Positions 50,232-55,852 of a stretch of 55,852 nt of DNA are shown here, piece by piece. The translations under genes were made by a program, and so were the position numbers. A model generated the notes under the pieces. It did not search any database. It saw nothing but the letters and a program-made list of their open reading frames with translations, and was not told the DNA's origin. The stretch spans positions 1 through 55,852 of the forward strand of contig CALXVA010000003.1 in NCBI GenBank assembly GCA_944391835.1. Direction: 5' to 3'. The DNA is from an uncultured Clostridia bacterium. GTDB lineage: Bacteria > Bacillota > Clostridia > TANB77 > CAG-508. Within the stretch, counting starts at the first letter, position 1. Every line of letters begins with the position of its first letter.

Positions 50232-50999
50232 ATGAAATTAGTATCATGGAATGTTAATGGATTGAGAGCAGTTATAAATAAAGGTTTTGAAGAATTTTTT
50301 AAAGAAGCAGATGCAGACATTTTTTGTATACAAGAAACAAAAATGCAGGAGGACCAAATAGACGATAAAATAAGAGAAATATTTAAAGGATATAATACAT
50401 ATTGGAACAGTGCTGAGAAAAAAGGATATTCGGGAACAGCTATTATAACAAAAAACATACCATTAAACATTAAATTTGGAATCGGAATAGAAGAGCATGA
50501 TAAAGAAGGAAGAGTAATTACATTAGAATTTGATAAATTTTATATGGTAAACTGCTATACGCCAAATTCCAAGAGAGAATTAGAAAGATTAGATTATAGA
50601 ATGGTTTGGGAAGATGCTTTTAGAAATTATCTTTTAGAACTTAACAAGAAAAAGCCTGTTATCGTTTGCGGAGACTTAAATGTGGCTCATAAAGAAATAG
50701 ACCTAAAAAATCCAAAAAATAATAGGAAAAATGCAGGATTTACTGATGAAGAAAGAGAAAAAATTACAGAATTATTGAACGCAGGATTTACCGACACCTT
50801 TAGGTATTTATATCCAGACAAAACTGATACATATACGTGGTGGTCATATATGTTTAAAGCAAGAGAAAAGAATGCAGGTTGGAGAATAGATTATTTTATA
50901 GTTTCAAATAGCATTAAAGATAAAATAAAAGAAAGTTATATTTATTCTGAAGTTATGGGAAGTGACCACTGCCCAGTAGGATTGGATATAGATTTTTAG
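50232..50999 (+). CDS. xth: Exodeoxyribonuclease III / AP endonuclease
   Basis: SWNVNGLRA, IQETK, GYSG, GDLNVAH, GWRIDYF, GSDHCP. Confidence 0.96.
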   Translation: MKLVSWNVNGLRAVINKGFEEFFKEADADIFCIQETKMQEDQIDDKIREIFKGYNTYWNSAEKKGYSGTAIITKNIPLNIKFGIGIEEHDKEGRVITLEFDKFYMVNCYTPNSKRELERLDYRMVWEDAFRNYLLELNKKKPVIVCGDLNVAHKEIDLKNPKNNRKNAGFTDEEREKITELLNAGFTDTFRYLYPDKTDTYTWWSYMFKAREKNAGWRIDYFIVSNSIKDKIKESYIYSEVMGSDHCPVGLDIDF

Positions 51000-51018
51000 T
51001 GTAAATTGGAATTAGCTA

Positions 51019-51073
51019 CTAAAGTGGCTTACAGATATAGTTTTAAATAGACTACATTTGTAAGCCACTTTAG
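51019..51073. terminator. Bidirectional terminator
   Basis: CTAAAGTGGCTTACA...TGTAAGCCACTTTAG between convergent genes. Confidence 0.75.
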
Positions 51074-51110
51074 GTTGTTATATTATAAAAATCAAACAAA
51101 AGATAAAAAC

Positions 51111-51758
51111 TTAACCATTTCCATTAAGTATTTGAGCAAAGTTGTTCTTTGTATAAGATTCAAGTCGATTAATAGAATTAGACAAACTTTTATATGAGAA
51201 ATCCATTTTTGCATCTAATGTTGATGAGGCATCATCAATTCTATAATCCATTCTCTCTATTAAAGAAGTAGCAGTGTCATCAATTTTCTTGTTAAGAGAT
51301 TCGTTAACATCGTCGATTTTCTTGTTAAGAGATTCGTTAACATCGTCGATTTTCTTATTAAGAGATTCGTTAACATCGTCGATTTTCTTATTAAGAGATT
51401 CGTTAACATCGTCGATTTTCTTATTAAGAGATTCGTTAACGTCGTCAATTTTCTTATTAAGAGATTCGTTAACGTCGTCGATTTTCTTATTAAGAGATTC
51501 GTTAACGTCGTCGATTTTCTTATTAAGAGATTCGTTAACGTCATCGATTTTCTTATTAAGAGATTCATTAACATCGTCTATCCTTTTGTTAAGTTCGATA
51601 ACAGCATCATCAATTCTCTTGTTAAGCACATTAAAAACATTATCGATTTTATCGTTAAGAGTTTTATGTACAAAATCAATCTTTGTGTCTAAAGCATCCA
51701 TTTTAGTATTCATTTCGTTTAATTTTGATAATATAAGAGTTAGAGTTTCTTGTTCCAT
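51111..51758 (-). CDS. Hendecad coiled-coil protein with KID-like 11-aa repeats
   Basis: (NKKIDDVNESL)n; ATG 51758 follows AAGGAGGTGA. Confidence 0.85.
   Translation of the reverse strand: MEQETLTLILSKLNEMNTKMDALDTKIDFVHKTLNDKIDNVFNVLNKRIDDAVIELNKRIDDVNESLNKKIDDVNESLNKKIDDVNESLNKKIDDVNESLNKKIDDVNESLNKKIDDVNESLNKKIDDVNESLNKKIDDVNESLNKKIDDVNESLNKKIDDTATSLIERMDYRIDDASSTLDAKMDFSYKSLSNSINRLESYTKNNFAQILNGNG
51276..51590. repeat. 33-bp coding tandem repeat, 9 full copies plus degenerate flanks
   Basis: AAGAGATTC recurs every 33 bp from 51294 to 51558. Confidence 0.95.
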
Positions 51759-51790
51759 CAGGGTCACCTCCTTTTAAATTTAATATCAAA

Positions 51791-51845
51791 AGTATAACAT
51801 ACTTTTGCACTTTAAACAAGAAAAATCGTCTGACAAAATTCGACA
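51791..51845 (-). promoter_or_regulatory. Sigma-A promoter with tandem Spo0A boxes
   Basis: Minus strand: TGTCGAA-TTT-TGTCAGA, then TTGTTT-17 bp-TATACT with TG extension. Confidence 0.6.
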
Positions 51846-52015
51846 CTCAGGACTCATAATTAATAAAAATTTAATAATTATACACTTTTTTCTTAATAAA
51901 ATTATGCTATACTATTTTTAGTATAAGCAAAAAGCTTTGGATTTCTATATAATTAAAGAAAATAATATGATATAATAGTTATGTAGCTATTTTTACGAAA
52001 AGGGGAAAAAATTCT

Positions 52016-52720
52016 ATGTACAATATTTTAGTTTGTGATGATGATAAAGAAATAGTAAAAGCAATTGAAATTTATTTAAGTAAAGAAGGATATAACATAT
52101 TAAAAGCTTATGATGGGTATGAGGCACTTGAAATATTAAAAAATAATGATGATATTCAACTTATTATATTAGATATAATGATGCCAAAGTTAGATGGAAT
52201 TGAAACTGCAAATATTATAAGACAGGACAAATCAATTCCAATTATAATGCTATCTGCAAAATCTGAAGATTATGATAAAATAGCAGGACTAAACAATGGA
52301 GCAGATGATTATGTTACAAAACCTTTTAACCCATTGGAACTTATAGCAAGAGTTAACTCGCAAATACGTAGATACACAAGTTTAGGCTCTATGGTAAAAA
52401 AAGAAGAGAATAATGAAGATATATACAAATCTGGAGATTTAATAATAAATGATGCAACAAAAACAGTAGAAGTTGACGGTAAGGATGTTAAGTTAACTCC
52501 AACAGAATATAATATACTTAAATTTTTAACCAAAAATAAAGGAATAGTGTACTCAATTGAACAAATTTATGAAAATGTGTGGGAAGAGGAAAGCTATGGC
52601 GCAGAAAATATTATAGCTGTACATATAAGACACATTAGAGAAAAAATAGAAATAAACCCAAGAGAACCCAAATATTTAAAAGTTATTTGGGGGATTGGGT
52701 ATAAGATTGAGAAGTTATAA
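52016..52720 (+). CDS. OmpR-family response regulator
   Basis: CDDD, LDIMMP, GADDYVTKPF, winged helix 'VHIRHIREKIE...VIWGIGYK'. Extended -10 TGATATAAT at 51968-51976. Confidence 0.95.
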   Translation: MYNILVCDDDKEIVKAIEIYLSKEGYNILKAYDGYEALEILKNNDDIQLIILDIMMPKLDGIETANIIRQDKSIPIIMLSAKSEDYDKIAGLNNGADDYVTKPFNPLELIARVNSQIRRYTSLGSMVKKEENNEDIYKSGDLIINDATKTVEVDGKDVKLTPTEYNILKFLTKNKGIVYSIEQIYENVWEEESYGAENIIAVHIRHIREKIEINPREPKYLKVIWGIGYKIEKL

Positions 52721-52832
52721 AACTTTGTTTAACATTTTGTAAACTTGTTGGCTCTACCTTAATACTACATTAAAACTAAAAAAGTATACACTCTTCAAAA
52801 GAGAAATAATTTGGAGAAAGGAGAAATTAATT

Positions 52833-54848
52833 ATGTATAATAGCAAAATTTGCTGGCCGAGAGTACTAAAGAATATAGTATATGTAGTTGCACCAATTAT
52901 TCTAGCAATATTGATACTTATGATAGTTTGCCTATCATACCCGATGGAGAGAGAAGCTATAAATAACAGAGAAAATTTCTTAAATACTAGAGTATTTGCA
53001 GAGCAATATGCTACAGAAATAATTAGTGCATTTAGCTCTGTTAAGAACTTCCAGCAAGATGATTATTCTACAGTTAGGCATGACATTTATATAACTGAAG
53101 GAAATGTTGCAGGAAATGATCAAGTTAATAAAATTTACTATTTTTATGATTACTATGGAAGTAATGTAAAATGGCTCATAATAGATAAAGAAAACAAAGA
53201 AGCATTTACAAATATAGATTATGCAATAGGCAGTACAACATTAGATGAAGTAAAAGAGCAAATTAGTTCTGAAGGGATATATTGGAACTATGAAAACTCC
53301 AATTTAGAAACATCAATAAATAAACTTCAAAATGTGAATTATGTGGATAGTAGAATCGAAGAAAATACCGAAAATGCAAATAATTATATAATCTATTCAT
53401 CTTTATTAGAACCGTTAGAATATCCAGATGGAATATATCAATCTCAAATTTTATATAATATTCTTTTAGTAATTACTCCAAACGCAATGTATTTAATTCC
53501 AGTATTAGTTATAATACTTATTGCCTTTATACCTGTTGCAGTTATGGGTGTCGGCAAGAAAAAGGGAGTAGAAGGAATAACACTTAATTGGTTTGATAAA
53601 ATATTAATCGAAATAGCGTTTTTTATAGCACTATTTATTGGCGCTATAGGATTATTGTTCATGAGCATAATATCAAGTGTGAATGATATGCTAACATTTA
53701 TTGTGGGAATAACATTTGTAGGAGTTGGCATCCTTATAATATATCTTGCGTGCATATTATTCTTCGAGACAGTTATAAAAAGATTAAAAACACATACATT
53801 TATTAAGACTACATTTGCTTACTGGTTGTATAAAAAAATAAAGAACTTTTCTCAAAATATGAAAATTACAAGTAACTTTATAGTGTATTTTACAATATAT
53901 TTAGTTGCCAATGTAATTTCACTAGGAATATTATTCGCTCAGCCCCTTGCTGGTATTATACTTCTTATACTAGTAAATATATATGCATATAAACTAATTT
54001 CAGACAGGATAAAAAGCTATAATAAAGTAAAGCAGGCAATCAATGATTTATATAGTGGAAAAACAGACATACAATTAAACGAAAACGATTTTTCTAAAGA
54101 AGATAAAGCTACGTCTAAAGAAATAAATGATATAGCAGGAGGACTTTCTAACGCTATAAATGAAAGACTAAAAAGCGAAAGACTAAAAACAGAGCTTATA
54201 ACAAATGTATCACATGATATAAAAACACCACTTACTTCAATAATTAACTATGTTGACTTGTTAAAGAAAGAAAACATAGAGGGAGAAAAAGCAAACGAAT
54301 ATCTTGGTATATTAGATAATAAGTCACAAAGATTAAAGAAATTAACAGAAGACTTAGTAGAAGCTTCAAAAGCATCTTCAGGAGCAATAAAATTAAATAT
54401 GGAAAAACTAAATGTAAACGAACTTATAAAGCAAATATCTGGAGAATTTCAAGATAAATTTCAAGCTCATAAGTTAGAAGAAATAATTAGTTTCCCAGAG
54501 GAAGAGGCATATATAGAAGCAGATAGCAGATATCTATATAGAGTATTAGAAAATATGTATTCAAATATTTCAAAATATGCATTAGAAGGCACACGAGTAT
54601 ATATAGACATAGTAGATGAAGATAATAAAATATATATTAAACTAAAAAATGTATCTAAACAAAAACTAAACATAAGTGCCGATGAATTAATGCAAAGATT
54701 TGTTAGAGGAGAAGCTTCAAGAAACACAGAAGGAAGTGGACTTGGGTTATCTATAGCAAGAAGCTTAACAGAGCTTCAAAAAGGTAAATTTAACATTTAT
54801 TTAGATGGAGATTTGTTTAAGGTAACTATAGAATTTGAAAAGAAGTAA
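52833..54848 (+). CDS. Membrane sensor histidine kinase
   Basis: Multiple TMs, H-box SHDIKTPLT, N-box NISKYA, G-box GSGLGL. Confidence 0.95.
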   Translation: MYNSKICWPRVLKNIVYVVAPIILAILILMIVCLSYPMEREAINNRENFLNTRVFAEQYATEIISAFSSVKNFQQDDYSTVRHDIYITEGNVAGNDQVNKIYYFYDYYGSNVKWLIIDKENKEAFTNIDYAIGSTTLDEVKEQISSEGIYWNYENSNLETSINKLQNVNYVDSRIEENTENANNYIIYSSLLEPLEYPDGIYQSQILYNILLVITPNAMYLIPVLVIILIAFIPVAVMGVGKKKGVEGITLNWFDKILIEIAFFIALFIGAIGLLFMSIISSVNDMLTFIVGITFVGVGILIIYLACILFFETVIKRLKTHTFIKTTFAYWLYKKIKNFSQNMKITSNFIVYFTIYLVANVISLGILFAQPLAGIILLILVNIYAYKLISDRIKSYNKVKQAINDLYSGKTDIQLNENDFSKEDKATSKEINDIAGGLSNAINERLKSERLKTELITNVSHDIKTPLTSIINYVDLLKKENIEGEKANEYLGILDNKSQRLKKLTEDLVEASKASSGAIKLNMEKLNVNELIKQISGEFQDKFQAHKLEEIISFPEEEAYIEADSRYLYRVLENMYSNISKYALEGTRVYIDIVDEDNKIYIKLKNVSKQKLNISADELMQRFVRGEASRNTEGSGLGLSIARSLTELQKGKFNIYLDGDLFKVTIEFEKK

Positions 54849-54994
54849 GTAGTTTAGTTGGAAAATAAATAAGTATTAGAAAAGGTGACAAACCAACTTT
54901 GAGAGAAAAAATTGACTTGATATACTAATTAAAGATTGTAAATTAAGTCTACAGAACTTTGTTGTCTATGACAATAGGAAGAGGAATATTGAAT

Positions 54995-55040
54995 AATGAA
55001 CTGAACCAAAGGAGTTAAACACTTTTGGGTTCAGTTCATT
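54995..55040. terminator. Bidirectional terminator
   Basis: AATGAACTGAACC...GGTTCAGTTCATT. Confidence 0.75.
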
Positions 55041-55063
55041 TTAGGATTATTTTGCTCTAGCAA

Positions 55064-55564
55064 TTAAAAAGGATAGCTAATCAATTCAAGAAACATATCA
55101 AAATATATGTCTATACTTTTTGCAAGTTTTCCTGCTTTCATTAAATCTCTTATTTCATCTACAGTAGCCCACTTTACATCAGAAACTTCTTCTTTTTGTA
55201 GTACAATGTCAGAAATATCAATATCTTGTTTTATAAGCCATACATCTACAAAATCGTATTTCCTTTTGAAAGATAGCATAAACTCAATATTTGCTGGGTC
55301 GAAAGAAATGCCAAGCTCTTCTTTACACTCTCTTAAAGCTGCTTGAAAAGTAGTTTCTCCAGCATCTACTGCACCACCTGTTTGAGACCACATATTTGGA
55401 AAATTCTTCTTGTTAGGTGATCTTTTTTGAATTAAAAATTCTCCTTTACTATTCATAATCCAGGTATGGACAGATTGACGATATTCACCGTCTACTTTTT
55501 CTTGTCGTTCAGCAGTTTTGTTCAGGCTTTGTCTTTTGTTATTTAGTTTGTCTACCAATTCCAT
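55064..55564 (-). CDS. NUDIX hydrolase (IDI-like subgroup)
   Basis: Nudix box GGAVDAGET..QAALRECKEELG; 'LIQKRS..K..FP..W', 'QKEEV'. Confidence 0.9.
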   Translation of the reverse strand: MELVDKLNNKRQSLNKTAERQEKVDGEYRQSVHTWIMNSKGEFLIQKRSPNKKNFPNMWSQTGGAVDAGETTFQAALRECKEELGISFDPANIEFMLSFKRKYDFVDVWLIKQDIDISDIVLQKEEVSDVKWATVDEIRDLMKAGKLAKSIDIYFDMFLELISYPF

Positions 55565-55852
55565 AAATACTCACAATCCTTTCTTGAAAATAAAATTGGT
55601 TGAAAAATTATAAATTTTCTTCAACCTTCATTTCCTCAATATTTTTATCTATTATATAGCAAAATAAATAAAAGCGTCAAGTGAAAAGTTAAATGCAATT
55701 CTGTAAAGTAATTGCATTTTGTACAATTAAATGAAATAAATAAAAGTAAAGAGAATAATAATAAAATGATTGACACGGGAATTTGACAGTTAATTAAATA
55801 AAAAATCGATGTAAGCATTGAAAGTGCTTAATTTTTTTGTCAATTTTTTCTT

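Noticed and set aside
3085-50999. Genetic-code reassignment or systematic frameshifting
   Set aside because: Conserved genes are intact under code 11, and AGG occurs at conserved Arg positions (pcrA LYR, xth NRKNAG). CGG was not checked systematically.
51276-51590. 33-bp repeats as a CRISPR array
   Set aside because: The units are contiguous with no spacers, keep a reading frame, and no cas genes are present.
51260-51777. Alternative-frame and antisense ORFs over the tandem repeat
   Set aside because: They are open only because of the 33-bp periodicity. The RBS and promoter support the 51758 start on the minus strand.

Overview
AT-rich chromosomal segment of a spore-forming Clostridia-type Firmicute (spoIIE, Coat F genes, mecA, mreBCD-pbp2-minC, pcrA, acpS, tatD, xth). 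Most genes are on the A-rich + strand. I found no transposase, integrase, reverse transcriptase, CRISPR array, tRNA or rRNA. Two cell-surface loci interrupt the housekeeping backbone. (i) At 5.7-16.9 kb, one LPITA-anchored acidic protein is followed by a tandemly duplicated unit of [class D-like sortase + ~1400-aa DUF11/CnaB/vWA adhesin]. These adhesins have an inverted domain order (vWA at the C-terminus), no C-terminal sorting signal, and a conserved N-terminal YWDWWT motif. This is the best candidate for an undescribed system. (ii) At 27.5-39.2 kb are two giant SdrD-B/DUF11 surface proteins with non-canonical sorting-like motifs, one with a probable thioester (TED) domain. Other notable items: a RLIG1/C12orf29-like RNA ligase next to a ZIP transporter cut exactly at its HNxPEG motif; a REP-like palindrome family (4 copies, including an inverted doublet); three 190-285 bp fold-back intergenic elements, one with a 7-bp target-site duplication; an M23 peptidase that apparently starts at ATT; minC without minD/minE; a YabE-like protein with a SleB-type catalytic domain; and a 33-bp tandem-repeat KID-like protein with upstream Spo0A boxes. 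All assignments come from reading motifs by eye; no database searches were run.
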